DNA from: a virus
Lineage: Duplodnaviria; Caudoviricetes
DNA: 55,449 bases
Direction: 5' to 3' (one strand)
Virus record (IMG/VR): IMGVR_UViG_3300042564_001643
Coordinates: 1 to 55,449 of that record
The notes under the pieces were generated by a model, which was given only the letters and a program-made list of their open reading frames with translations, made no database searches and was not told where the DNA came from. Of the stretch, positions 20,801-30,496 are shown piece after piece. Both the position numbers and the translations under genes were made by a program. Numbering within the stretch: the stretch's first letter is position 1; every line of letters starts with the position of its first letter.

Positions 20801-21351
20801 GTACCGTCCCCACCCATCTGTTTCTTAGTAAGGTTCATTACATTTTTTACAAATGTTCTTTTGTTAGGTAAAGCTCCTCCAAACTTTGCAATAATATTTG
20901 AAGCTACATCTGTATCATCTCCATAGTCTGTAGTATCTTCATTGTCAGTCATCATCTGTTGATAACGTTGCTTTCTTGCTTCATACTCTTGATCAGCTTC
21001 TGCTTGAGCAGTTAGAGCTGCATCTTCCTCAGCAAGTTTATTAGCTTCATAATCTTGACCAGACATTTCTGCATTGCGTTCTTCAGCTTGACTATTAATA
21101 TAATTAACTGCTGACTCAACTAATTGACTTGCTTTTGCTTGATCTACTCCAGCTGAAACTAATTGATTTAATGCATCTTCAGGAGTACCACCTTGCTCAC
21201 CTATAATAGTCATGACAGAACTAATTAGTTGCTCATCACTATATTGAGGTTGCTGTTGTGTACCACCTTCTTGTGCTCTCCATGGAGCAGCAGTTTTCAT
21301 TGAGAATGGATTACTCCCACCTGCTCCATATATTCTTACACGTTTCTTCAT
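17818..21351 (-). CDS. Putative internal virion protein (1177 aa), modular, many xxGG motifs
   Basis: Long low-complexity ORF with >10 xxGG motifs and an internal duplication (IDVRRTGLFGRPKEYSITF vs IDVTKTSLFGKRPKEYTMYF). Confidence 0.55.
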   Translation of the reverse strand: MKKRVRIYGAGGSNPFSMKTAAPWRAQEGGTQQQPQYSDEQLISSVMTIIGEQGGTPEDALNQLVSAGVDQAKASQLVESAVNYINSQAEERNAEMSGQDYEANKLAEEDAALTAQAEADQEYEARKQRYQQMMTDNEDTTDYGDDTDVASNIIAKFGGALPNKRTFVKNVMNLTKKQMGGDGTSNKADDTDTGVRKNGLSDFITGLQGHANQALMKQDAEAMYDMYSQDMTNNLDYGYDTDQDYMQLGGMRPGQMRRMNRRANRMMGQMPAGMFNNRSQMFPTQMNIMGMGMPMTGLQQFIMPDQGSYAGGPQLANIDVRRTGLFGRPKEYSITFAQEAYNNPKLREDVVKQEANNQQEKAKEIWTEVEVDAKNTATEKNAEVKTEAEKTKVTTAEDTKAIQDQGSSTTNNGATEANTEITKAEEKPKVEVAPKAKPITESSNNAINYTTKDVVFNPGNPKAGYVKVNDKWYVNSNYETDTAIKDETWTEVTDPTRIKNIEKFKPNQFFSTAGQYQYLDNTPYLYSVDERGSWSYTVPNDDGTLREGAKSFPVKDKKTLAKLNTSAVSGKGTKGAILGTLKKKPGYYYRQLNDGSYAKFKGDTAQHYINKEPVALIKKDKSNAQWKYLDDNFQSSGRYVTGEMKQFGGMTMEDSGLYKFVYGGDDAVPTPFEENTADPYFQTGGSKQAEYKDWLDRMYGDDVTEGYSRQNPVSYDQWMADYYPDETTVDETTVDKNKEVYDKAKAAGVNVGEYREGIDYSKVIPSSKSNTTYNPQTGAMYPPVFGGRRQFGPAGRTIEYAGSWAQQQGMTYDPRTGKPVNAAMMGNQPLSKIDVTKTSLFGKRPKEYTMYFGNYGQFDTKDGKAADSNVDNEDQMAQGSRRQKLADLLLRTPGLRQVGARMYPSSNFAPTEKTTINNNSTAADQRANDVPTKGIRAFVNDQLNLNLNREPRVAPKSEFGEYAPYNPDMIDMQKRNSFPDYYEFGEGKPNTTMAYGGYLPQAQSGMIGVSDIEPMAELKPKSSKDVWESVEPEIRESWGLEDKEPEIERQGYAAKFKNKNMYNVDFERGVNQFNTLANFGIQKLGERGDKGIQQNFYDNLTGDNLYGSTNLQDRGTYDTNSGLFRPDQMGFKGIIRNGGFLQEGGYTMPEYDQDEEAYMTQDEIDQFLADGGELEYL

Positions 21352-21360
21352 ACTGTAACT

Positions 21361-21412
21361 TATATATTAAATATAATAAATTTTGTCTGACTTGATAAAC
21401 TTATAAAGTTTA
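21361..21412 (-). promoter_or_regulatory. Putative promoter (TTTA-N20-TATATTTA) with perfect TAAACTT-N3-AAGTTTA palindrome
   Basis: The minus strand reads TAAACTTTATAAGTTTATCAAGTCAGACAAAATTTATTATATTTAA directly upstream of the 1177-aa gene. Confidence 0.6.
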
Positions 21413-23971
21413 ATCTAATTCTTCTATATAATAACCTGCATCTCTGTATGCTTGGATTTCTTCATCTGTTAATTCAGTATCTATAGATCCACCATCTTGT
21501 TCTTGCATCATTCCTATGTCAGCACCATATACATAATCACGTAAAGTTTTTCTTCCTTCATTAAGATGTATAGGTCCTAGCTTACCACCTTTAGCATACA
21601 TTGTAGGACCTTCATTAAATCCATAAGCTCTACGTGTATATTCTTCACCAACTTCTCTACCGCTATCTGGATCATAGCCTGGTAAGAAACCAATTGGTCT
21701 TACACCATCTAAGCTAACTGGCTCATATTCTCTTTTTTTTCTGTCTGGTCTAATACGTTTTCCACCGCCATTATCTGGTGGAGTAATTATTTCTATTTCT
21801 CTTTTTGGTCTATCATCATGTACTGGTTGAACATCAGTAGGATCTTCATCAAATGTTTCTTTATCTTTTTTTCTTTGTTCCTCTGCTTTCTCTTGTTTTT
21901 TTAATATGTTCGGAATAAAAGGATAAACTAAATTAGCTTTAACCATTGGAGTCCAACCAACAGGAGTATCACTATAAGGTGCTTCAGCTAATTTTTTTGC
22001 AGGATTCATTGCCAAACTTGCATCAAAACCCATTCTTACTGGTGAATGTCTAAAAGGTTTGATTTCAAATCCTGCATTACCGCCATAGAAACCTGTAGCA
22101 TGACTACCACTTTTATCTGTTCCTGCTGTTGAAACATCACCATATTGAATACTAGGATCAAAGCCTAAACTTCTCACACCTACACCTGCTGTAGGACCTA
22201 CATATCCTTTCCATGCACCGTGTGGCCAGTTTTGTTGATTATATTTCCAATCTTGGTTATTAGCAAACTCAGCTCTAGGGTTTGCCATGATTCCAAAATT
22301 AAGTCCTTGTTGTGGATCATAACCTGCATGAATATCACTATGAACCGTTGGTAAAAAACCAGATTCTACTGGTCTACCTCCGGTATATCTTCCATGATAA
22401 TTAGCTTTTACACTAGGAACAAATTTACCACTATAAGGTAATCCAACATCTAAAGATACATTATGATTATATTTACCTTGATCTTTACCAGGTAATCTTT
22501 TAGTTGCTCCTATTAATAATTCAGGATTATATTCACCAAATACTTTACTTGCTAATGGAGCAGCATTAGCATTAAGACTATAGGGTGACATCCTAAATGT
22601 AACGTTTTTTCCAAATTGTGCTTCTGGTAAATAACCACCTTGTTCAAAAGTATAACTATGTTCTTTATCCCATTCTTGAGCAGCGGCTTTTGCTTCTTGT
22701 TGATTATAGTATTTTTTGTTACCAACTTGCCAAACATGGTGTCCACTTTCTGGTAGCTCATTAGATTTATTATATTCCCATGTATGCTCATTTAACTTTT
22801 CACCATATGGTAATGTAGCTTGTTTACTACCCATATTTTTAAAACTTCCTGAACTAGGATCATAAGCATGTTGCCATTGATCTCTATATCTGAAAGCCAT
22901 GTTAGCTTGTTCTGGTCTAACTTGAGTCGGGAATGTTTGTGGAACTATTTCATTACTTGGTACATCAAATGTTTTTAGAGGTAACAATGGTAACTTTGTA
23001 ACTTCTTCAGATTGTGGTTCAACTTGTGTTTTATTTTTAGTAATTGTTTGACTTGGCTTTTTATTTGTAGAAGTTAATCCTTTAAGTTTTGATGCAGGTA
23101 TACCACTAGTACCATACTTTTTAACTCTTGCCTTTACTTCAGCAGGAGTTAACATATTACCGGGTTTTACAGCAAGAGGATCGTAATAAGGTAATGTTGT
23201 GACCCAACCAGGTAGTTTATCTTTTGCTACAGAAGTTCCTTTTGGTTTATAATTAATAACACCTTGCGGTTTTATGTTTTTGTTATATTCTAAAAGAGGT
23301 GCATACGGGTCTAGTAATTCAGGAACCATATCTAACAGATATAATTTATTTGGATCCTTGTTTGCTTTAATAGTCTTTTTTTTAACATCCATGTATCTAT
23401 TCAACTTATCATCTAAAGCATCATAGTTTAAATGTTGTCTTTGCATGTCTTTTAAAACATTAAAAGTGTTCATATTATCCCATGGACTAATATCTACACT
23501 TCTATAATAAGGTTTTAATTTATCATAATAAGCTTTTTGTCTTAGTGCATTATTATAAACAGATAAGCTATCTGCTTGTGTTGCTACACCTTTCTGAGCT
23601 TTAGTAAGTTCAGGTACTGAGATATCTTCTACAATGTATCCACCCTTTCTATACTCTTCAATCTCAGCATCTGTAAGATCTGCTTCAAAGTAATCTTCAT
23701 CTGTACCTTGAGGAAACTCATCTACATAGTCTGCACCGGGAAATGTATACTCCATACCCGGATACATCATCTGTTCTTGCCCGTTAGAGCCAACACCAAG
23801 TACAGGATAATTTACACCCTGCATTGTAATATTACTACTTGGTATTCTTGTATTCTCTCCAGGATGTTTCCACTGACCCATAGGATCTACAATAATATCT
23901 TTTTTCTTTGCGGGTGCTTTTGCTTTATCCAATCCAGCAGTAGCTCTATTTAATACTTTCTTATTATACAT
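21410..23971 (-). CDS. Putative internal virion protein (853 aa), modular, with beta-rich central domain
   Basis: N-terminal DPMGQW...NITMQGVNYPVLG...MYPG domain, AQxG/xxGG linkers and a duplicated LTDxEIxxYRxxGY motif. The start abuts the stop of the upstream tail gene. Confidence 0.55.
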   Translation of the reverse strand: MYNKKVLNRATAGLDKAKAPAKKKDIIVDPMGQWKHPGENTRIPSSNITMQGVNYPVLGVGSNGQEQMMYPGMEYTFPGADYVDEFPQGTDEDYFEADLTDAEIEEYRKGGYIVEDISVPELTKAQKGVATQADSLSVYNNALRQKAYYDKLKPYYRSVDISPWDNMNTFNVLKDMQRQHLNYDALDDKLNRYMDVKKKTIKANKDPNKLYLLDMVPELLDPYAPLLEYNKNIKPQGVINYKPKGTSVAKDKLPGWVTTLPYYDPLAVKPGNMLTPAEVKARVKKYGTSGIPASKLKGLTSTNKKPSQTITKNKTQVEPQSEEVTKLPLLPLKTFDVPSNEIVPQTFPTQVRPEQANMAFRYRDQWQHAYDPSSGSFKNMGSKQATLPYGEKLNEHTWEYNKSNELPESGHHVWQVGNKKYYNQQEAKAAAQEWDKEHSYTFEQGGYLPEAQFGKNVTFRMSPYSLNANAAPLASKVFGEYNPELLIGATKRLPGKDQGKYNHNVSLDVGLPYSGKFVPSVKANYHGRYTGGRPVESGFLPTVHSDIHAGYDPQQGLNFGIMANPRAEFANNQDWKYNQQNWPHGAWKGYVGPTAGVGVRSLGFDPSIQYGDVSTAGTDKSGSHATGFYGGNAGFEIKPFRHSPVRMGFDASLAMNPAKKLAEAPYSDTPVGWTPMVKANLVYPFIPNILKKQEKAEEQRKKDKETFDEDPTDVQPVHDDRPKREIEIITPPDNGGGKRIRPDRKKREYEPVSLDGVRPIGFLPGYDPDSGREVGEEYTRRAYGFNEGPTMYAKGGKLGPIHLNEGRKTLRDYVYGADIGMMQEQDGGSIDTELTDEEIQAYRDAGYYIEELD

Positions 23972-26900
23972 TATCTTGGAGAATAAGTAGATTTGTTATT
24001 GTACATCTTAAGAATCATATTTACATTACCTGATACTTTTCTTGTTAAGTTAACAAAGTTAAGATAATGTCTGAATCTTTTTCTTTGTAGCTCATTCTTA
24101 GTATAATCTAAGTTAAGGCTGTTCAGTACTTTAATATATCCATTAGGTTCTGTATCCCAAATAAATCTTTCATTATATGGGCCAGGTAAAACTGTTGTAC
24201 CAGGAGTTACAGCACCAACTACCGGGTAAGTTGATCCTACAGGGAACTCACCTCTATCTGCAGTTATATCCCAGAACTGATTGAATCTATATTTATTCTC
24301 TTCTTTAGTGAATAAAACATCTATAGAGTTTAAATTAATTATTGGATACTGCTGACTAAGTGTTACATTATTCTTAGGGAATATGTTTAAGTTCAAATAC
24401 CCTGATACTTGTTCAGAATTAAATATGACAGCTTGATCAAAGTTAAAGTCTAATACTTGGAATTGATCAACACAGTTATTAGGTCCTCTTTTGTAACACT
24501 CTAGTATATATTCAGCACTACGCATTGTAGTTACTGTCTGACCTTGTGGCATTGGAAACTCAACTTCAAATGGGTAATCAATTCCATAGTAGTTACAGAA
24601 AGAATCACACACAGAATTATGTTTCCATATACCATTTCCTTTAGTAGTTAAGAATGCATTCTTAGTTGGCATTACCATATTTGGATGCCAGTCATGATGA
24701 GAAATCCAGAACTTACTTTTAGGGTCATAACTAATTGTCCAAGAAGCATCCATAAAGAATGTAGGATCACCTAGTCTAATGTCTGTAACATTATTATATA
24801 AGAACTCATTAGTAGACTCATTATAAGTAATCATGTCTTTAAACTCTGGACGTAGCTTGTAGTCTTTCTTAGTAAAATAAAGTATAGTACTTTGATTATC
24901 ATATATTGTTTGACATCCAATACCGGCTACTGCATTATCTGTATGAGGGTAATCAGGAAAATCAACAAGTAACTTGTATGGAAGGAATTCATTAAACCAC
25001 CATTTCATACCTTCTTGAGATATTTCTGATAAACCACTACCATAAGATATAATCTTACCTTGGTTCTGAGATACATAGAACATCCCTGCAGGAGTTGAAG
25101 CTACAGAACGTGAGTCTTGAGATGAACCATACTCATATGATTTATCTGCAATAACAATACTCTGTGGTGTTTGAGCAAACAAACCTCCATCACCAATAGT
25201 AATCTTAGTACCTGAATCAGTTTCTAATTGATCTACACCTTGGAATACTAAAGGACTAGTATTTTTAAACGTAATGAAGACACCTGTCTTAGCAAAGTTC
25301 TTAACTCCATTAACTTGGTCTTTGAACTCCTTATAGTTATTAGCAAGGAAGATAAACCATGAATCTTTTGCTGATTCAAATTGCTGTGGCAAAGAGTATA
25401 TAATTCTATCTGGGTTGTATGTGTAACACAACTTAGATACATTAGGATTATAATATCTTGACTGTAGATTTCCTTGAGAAAAATACTGAGTAAATAACTT
25501 AGATATACTTAATGAGTAATCATAAGAGTAGTAGTTACCTCTAGTAATATTATCAGGGTTGATATTAAATAAAGAGTTAAGATCAGTAAAGTAATATGGG
25601 CTATAGAATCTTTGATAAGGCTCTGTACCCGGTTCTCTAAAGTCAACAATAACATCACTTTCTACAAAGAAGTCTCTTACTGAAGATGTAGATAAATAAA
25701 AGTATGAGTCTTTAACACCAAATAAACCTGGATAACCATCTGCAATTGGATATGGAATAATATTTAATAATGGGTTTGTATTTGGTACTGCATCTGCATT
25801 CGGACCTGTATACTTATAGTTTACGTTATCTAACTTATAGTAAGCATTAGGTAAACTACCAACACCTGATAATACACTAGGGTTGATGTTTAATATGAAT
25901 TGTGGATTCCAAAGATTACTAGCCTCATATCTTTCAGAGTTCATTTTAAACCTAGGCTCAGGTATAAGTTGTCTAGTAAAGTAATTAAACTCAGTACCGT
26001 CTGGTTGACCATATTGCCAATCATAGAAGAAGAACATAGAATTCTTTTCTGTGTATCTATTCACATATGTATCACCGTTAAATAGTATCCCCGTAGAAGG
26101 AACTAATTTCTGTAGTACTCCAGGATTACCACAAACAGGACCGGCAGTTGGAATAGTATCAGGATCAAATTTAAACTCACATTCTCCAATAGGAATTTGT
26201 TTAATACCATCTAACTGACCATACTGATTTTCTATTCTTACTTTAATCCCTGCATAGTGACTTTCTATATTTCTATTAAACTGAACTGTTTTAGCTTCAC
26301 CACTCCAACCTAATGTTTGAGGTCTATTAGATTGTAACATCTCAGTTCCTAGAGTTACCAATGAATTATCTCCATTTAGTAATGCAGGACCTGTATGAGC
26401 TCCTTGACCATTTACAGTTCTAATGACAACTGTCTTTTGTCTCTTTAAGTTATTAATTCTAAACTGCTGAGTTGTCCCACCTTGAATATAAGGTTTAACA
26501 TTTTGTATATTGTCATTAAGATAGAATGAATCATCAATTCTAAATCTTCTAGTAGTATTACACTGACCCGGTCTAAATACATCATATAAACCATGACCAA
26601 CCATTTGCAGAGCATATTGCCTGTATGGTAATAATGCATAAATCAACTTAAGAGTTATCTCAGCACCTTCAGAAAAATAATGTGCTAACTTAACAACATT
26701 TAAAGGAATTCCTAATGCCGTAGCAAATGAACTACCTTCAATATATTGATATCCACTTAACTCAGTGTTATAGTAAGGAGCTGTATAAGAACCCCCTTTT
26801 CTTAAACCACCATCTTCATTAAATTGATCATAAATATCTGAAAGACTAGTACCACCCACACCTAATGCTTCTTGAAAAGCACCACCTGATAAGTAGTTAT

Positions 26901-29457
26901 TAAAGTCAGTATTATAATCTGACAAATCATTATTGAACTCATCAAGATCTGTTGTACCACCTTGATCTGTTATTTCATATTCATCAGTTGTACCACCATT
27001 ACCACTTAGGTCAGACCAGTTACCTGTAAGAGGTAATGTAACAGGAAAAGTACCACCGCCACCAGTTAATGTACCACTACCACCATCTATAGTTTCTTGC
27101 TCATAGTCAGCTAAGAACTTTCTAGTATATCCTGCACCTGGTTGATTAATAGTACGTTTACCTAATGAAGCAATGATAGCTTCAATAACTCCACCTACCA
27201 TCATCATCCAAATGGACAAGTTAGCAATCAACTTTTGTTGAGGCTGTTTATCCGGTTCAATAAAATACTGTGTACTAGTTCCTGCCAGACTTCCATATAA
27301 CTTCATCTCAACTGTAGATAAGAACGGAGTTCTAAAGTTAGTATCCGGTGAATGAAATGTAGTAATGTTTAATGGCATTTGTGATAAAGTAGGATTGATC
27401 ACAGGAATCGGATTAGGATTACCTCCTGCGGTATAATTTCTATCATATACAATATATGGATCAGCAATACCTGTTACTCCCGGAGGAACAATAGTATTAA
27501 ATGGATGATTAGGATATAATCCTTTTATTGCTGGTCCACCCGCATTACCTTTAATCTTATATGGTCTAAGGTTATTAATCATACCCTTAGCAATAATACT
27601 TTTGTTACCTTCTCTTGAACCTCTTAATATTTCATAACCTACTATACCAGGGATGTCATTACCATCTTGGTCTTTTGGATAAACAATATCTTTAAAATCA
27701 ACACCAAGTATTCTAATATACATTTGAGTAGTTGACGTATCTTTTCTGTAATGTTGTACAACATTAGTAAGGCCTGGATTATTTAATCCATGATCTGGAA
27801 ACTTATGATGTCTAATAGGTTTACCACATAGATTTCTAGGTGAGTTAGGATCTGTTACTCCTGTCCAACAATACTCACTAGGATTCCATATGTCTGGTCT
27901 ATTATCTGGATAAACTTCTGTTGACTCCCAATATCCCATCTGACCACGTCCTACCTCAATACCACCATCAGGTAATACTACTTGTGTAGAACTTGATAAT
28001 GTAGCTGTATTATAAACTTCAAACACTCTTTCATTTGGCCCAAATAAAGTATTGATATCATTAAGTGGGGCAGTCTCATTAACTAATGTTCCTGGATTAC
28101 ATGGAAGTGGGTAATTAGTTTTAGGTGGTCTACCTGGAATATGATATGATGATGACTTATCTCCTGTATCATATACCCAACGGATAAAGAATGAATATAC
28201 TTCATCACGTAAGTAACTTGGTTTGTAACCACCTTTTAAATAATACTCAGCAGGATATTCTACTGAAACCCACTCAACATTAATCAAGTTAGCCAAAGGC
28301 TGATAGTTAAAATCAAACTTAGATGTTGGTCCTACTCTCAATAGATAATTACTCACCTCTACCATCTGATCTGATTTCTCATATACAGGTGTTTGTATAG
28401 GTAATTGTTCTACAGGAATAGCAACTAAATCTTCTTTGATCTGATCAATGTAAACCTTTTGTGTTTTAGTAGAGTAAACACCTATCTGTTTTGCAACAGC
28501 ACCCTGATTAATATTAGCTACTACAACTAAAATAAACTCATCAAAGTTTACTGAGTCAGCAGTGATATCAATTTCAAGTGCACCTTGGGGATCTACATCA
28601 AACCATATAGGTTGAACATTACTAGGTGAGAACCAATCTGTAACCTTCTGACCTTTAATACTATAAGCAATGGTAGCAAAGTAAGAACCATTACGTAGTG
28701 TTCCTCCAGCTTTACCGGCAGATACTTTAAGACAGGGTGTCTCCATTAATCTTGCTAGTCTAATTTTATCACAGTCTAACTCTGTAGTATCTTCACATGT
28801 AATACAACCATCTACAGGATGTCCTGCTGGCCAAACTCCAGGTGAAGTTTCTGACACATTACTTGAGTCAGTACATATTTTTTTCCATCTAACTCCTGGC
28901 CATTGTAACGTATTACCTGCTGGATCCGCATATGTATTATCACCAATCCATTGATATGAGTTAGCAGGCCATGTTTGGGGATCTCCAATATTTAAAAATC
29001 TATCAGGACTATTACCATCAGCCCAATATACTTGCCATGAACAATCTTCTTTTTCCCTAGCCGCACCAGTAATCAAATGCCATTTACTTAAACCTAAACA
29101 TGCATCTTGTACAATAGGTCTGTATCTACATAAGCTTTCTTCAAACAATCCAATCTCTGAACCTGTACTTGGTCCAAAATCATTCTGTCCATGAGCTGCA
29201 GTAAATATTAACCACTTGTCACTATACAAATGTATAGTACCTACTATGTGTTTAGTATCAGGTAATGTTGCTCCGGCTGTTGCACATAAGTAATTTGAAT
29301 CTTCATTTGATAAAGTTCCTAAGTCCCCCTCAACTGTATTGTTCACAGCATTACGCGCATGCGTCCACATCCCATCTTGTACAAAGGATCCGTCAGCATC
29401 TGTATTTAATCCTTTAAGAAAAGAATTAGTTTTATTTTGACTTAAGTTTTGTGCCAT
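23971..29457 (-). CDS. Tail stabilisation / muzzle-like protein (P22 gp10-like, crAss-like)
   Basis: N-terminal F.KGLNTD...ARNA...G.LSNE, central SYLRDEVYSFFI and C-terminal WTISYDP...WISHHDW are motifs typical of crAss-like tail stabilisation proteins. It follows the IHF and ring genes as in the crAss gene order. Confidence 0.75.
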   Translation of the reverse strand: MAQNLSQNKTNSFLKGLNTDADGSFVQDGMWTHARNAVNNTVEGDLGTLSNEDSNYLCATAGATLPDTKHIVGTIHLYSDKWLIFTAAHGQNDFGPSTGSEIGLFEESLCRYRPIVQDACLGLSKWHLITGAAREKEDCSWQVYWADGNSPDRFLNIGDPQTWPANSYQWIGDNTYADPAGNTLQWPGVRWKKICTDSSNVSETSPGVWPAGHPVDGCITCEDTTELDCDKIRLARLMETPCLKVSAGKAGGTLRNGSYFATIAYSIKGQKVTDWFSPSNVQPIWFDVDPQGALEIDITADSVNFDEFILVVVANINQGAVAKQIGVYSTKTQKVYIDQIKEDLVAIPVEQLPIQTPVYEKSDQMVEVSNYLLRVGPTSKFDFNYQPLANLINVEWVSVEYPAEYYLKGGYKPSYLRDEVYSFFIRWVYDTGDKSSSYHIPGRPPKTNYPLPCNPGTLVNETAPLNDINTLFGPNERVFEVYNTATLSSSTQVVLPDGGIEVGRGQMGYWESTEVYPDNRPDIWNPSEYCWTGVTDPNSPRNLCGKPIRHHKFPDHGLNNPGLTNVVQHYRKDTSTTQMYIRILGVDFKDIVYPKDQDGNDIPGIVGYEILRGSREGNKSIIAKGMINNLRPYKIKGNAGGPAIKGLYPNHPFNTIVPPGVTGIADPYIVYDRNYTAGGNPNPIPVINPTLSQMPLNITTFHSPDTNFRTPFLSTVEMKLYGSLAGTSTQYFIEPDKQPQQKLIANLSIWMMMVGGVIEAIIASLGKRTINQPGAGYTRKFLADYEQETIDGGSGTLTGGGGTFPVTLPLTGNWSDLSGNGGTTDEYEITDQGGTTDLDEFNNDLSDYNTDFNNYLSGGAFQEALGVGGTSLSDIYDQFNEDGGLRKGGSYTAPYYNTELSGYQYIEGSSFATALGIPLNVVKLAHYFSEGAEITLKLIYALLPYRQYALQMVGHGLYDVFRPGQCNTTRRFRIDDSFYLNDNIQNVKPYIQGGTTQQFRINNLKRQKTVVIRTVNGQGAHTGPALLNGDNSLVTLGTEMLQSNRPQTLGWSGEAKTVQFNRNIESHYAGIKVRIENQYGQLDGIKQIPIGECEFKFDPDTIPTAGPVCGNPGVLQKLVPSTGILFNGDTYVNRYTEKNSMFFFYDWQYGQPDGTEFNYFTRQLIPEPRFKMNSERYEASNLWNPQFILNINPSVLSGVGSLPNAYYKLDNVNYKYTGPNADAVPNTNPLLNIIPYPIADGYPGLFGVKDSYFYLSTSSVRDFFVESDVIVDFREPGTEPYQRFYSPYYFTDLNSLFNINPDNITRGNYYSYDYSLSISKLFTQYFSQGNLQSRYYNPNVSKLCYTYNPDRIIYSLPQQFESAKDSWFIFLANNYKEFKDQVNGVKNFAKTGVFITFKNTSPLVFQGVDQLETDSGTKITIGDGGLFAQTPQSIVIADKSYEYGSSQDSRSVASTPAGMFYVSQNQGKIISYGSGLSEISQEGMKWWFNEFLPYKLLVDFPDYPHTDNAVAGIGCQTIYDNQSTILYFTKKDYKLRPEFKDMITYNESTNEFLYNNVTDIRLGDPTFFMDASWTISYDPKSKFWISHHDWHPNMVMPTKNAFLTTKGNGIWKHNSVCDSFCNYYGIDYPFEVEFPMPQGQTVTTMRSAEYILECYKRGPNNCVDQFQVLDFNFDQAVIFNSEQVSGYLNLNIFPKNNVTLSQQYPIINLNSIDVLFTKEENKYRFNQFWDITADRGEFPVGSTYPVVGAVTPGTTVLPGPYNERFIWDTEPNGYIKVLNSLNLDYTKNELQRKRFRHYLNFVNLTRKVSGNVNMILKMYNNKSTYSPR

Positions 29458-29458
29458 A

Positions 29459-30496
29459 TTATATTACTCTGGATCCTGCATTATATTGATAATAGCGTGG
29501 ATCAATTGGATAACTCTTAAACATGTTGTAGTACTTACCATATTGTGCAACACGGTTAGCCCACCATAATTTTTTCATCTCTTCAAAGTTTGGAGTATTA
29601 ACCAAGCCTAATGCTTGATTTCTAGCTACTTTACTTCTCTGCATAATAAACTGCAATTTTTGAGATACGTCCTCACCATTCATAAGTAAGTTCTCAAGAA
29701 GTCTTTCTTTGATAGCATACTCATAGTAGTCATTAAGTAATGGATGATTTGGTACAAGTAATTCTCCGTCATCTCCTTCAAGCTGACCTTGATAGTTCAA
29801 GTATACTTTGCCTGTTTGGAAAGTAGTAAATAAGAATCCGTTCTTAAGCCAACCTTCATTAGGTGTATTCCAATACAAGTTAGGACACTCACAATCAATG
29901 TTCTGACTTGTCTTCATACGTAATGGAAGTAGTACTCTATATGATCTTGTTTGACCTGTAGGCATAATCTGAATCAACTCATACTTTTCACCTTTACAGT
30001 TCATGAATACACGCGGGCGTATACATGTATCACCATAAGGATTATTAGGATCATAAGCATCTGGAATATAGTTTCCAGGTAATGTATTAGTAGCACATGC
30101 TGCAGTATGATTACACGGATGTGAATTACATACAGAACAGTTAACAGTTGGTGCAGCACATTGGTCTACTGTAGATGGTACTTCTCTATAAGGTACCTCT
30201 TGGATATTTGTTCCACCCAAATTATAACCCGCTTGTAATTGGTATTCACCACATATCATTGCGTAGTTAAATGTATAGAAGTCATCAGGAAGTTTTACTC
30301 TCCCGTGTTCTACTTCTAGTATGACCTCTTTAGTCTGATTGATTCTTAAACCTAAATCATAGTTAAGCTTAGTAGCAATCTTAATTAAAGTTTGAGGCTC
30401 CAACATGTTTTCCAAAGCAAATGTTTGGAAGTCAACCATCACATCTTCTAAGAGTTCATCAAATGTGCGGTACTTGAGTGTATAATTAAAATCCAT
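29459..30496 (-). CDS. Tail ring/tubular protein (P22 gp4-like) with Cys/His-rich insert
   Basis: Contains EVEHGRVKLPDDF and G.VYLNYQGQ...DGELLVP motifs. It lies immediately before the stabilisation protein. Confidence 0.65.
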   Translation of the reverse strand: MDFNYTLKYRTFDELLEDVMVDFQTFALENMLEPQTLIKIATKLNYDLGLRINQTKEVILEVEHGRVKLPDDFYTFNYAMICGEYQLQAGYNLGGTNIQEVPYREVPSTVDQCAAPTVNCSVCNSHPCNHTAACATNTLPGNYIPDAYDPNNPYGDTCIRPRVFMNCKGEKYELIQIMPTGQTRSYRVLLPLRMKTSQNIDCECPNLYWNTPNEGWLKNGFLFTTFQTGKVYLNYQGQLEGDDGELLVPNHPLLNDYYEYAIKERLLENLLMNGEDVSQKLQFIMQRSKVARNQALGLVNTPNFEEMKKLWWANRVAQYGKYYNMFKSYPIDPRYYQYNAGSRVI

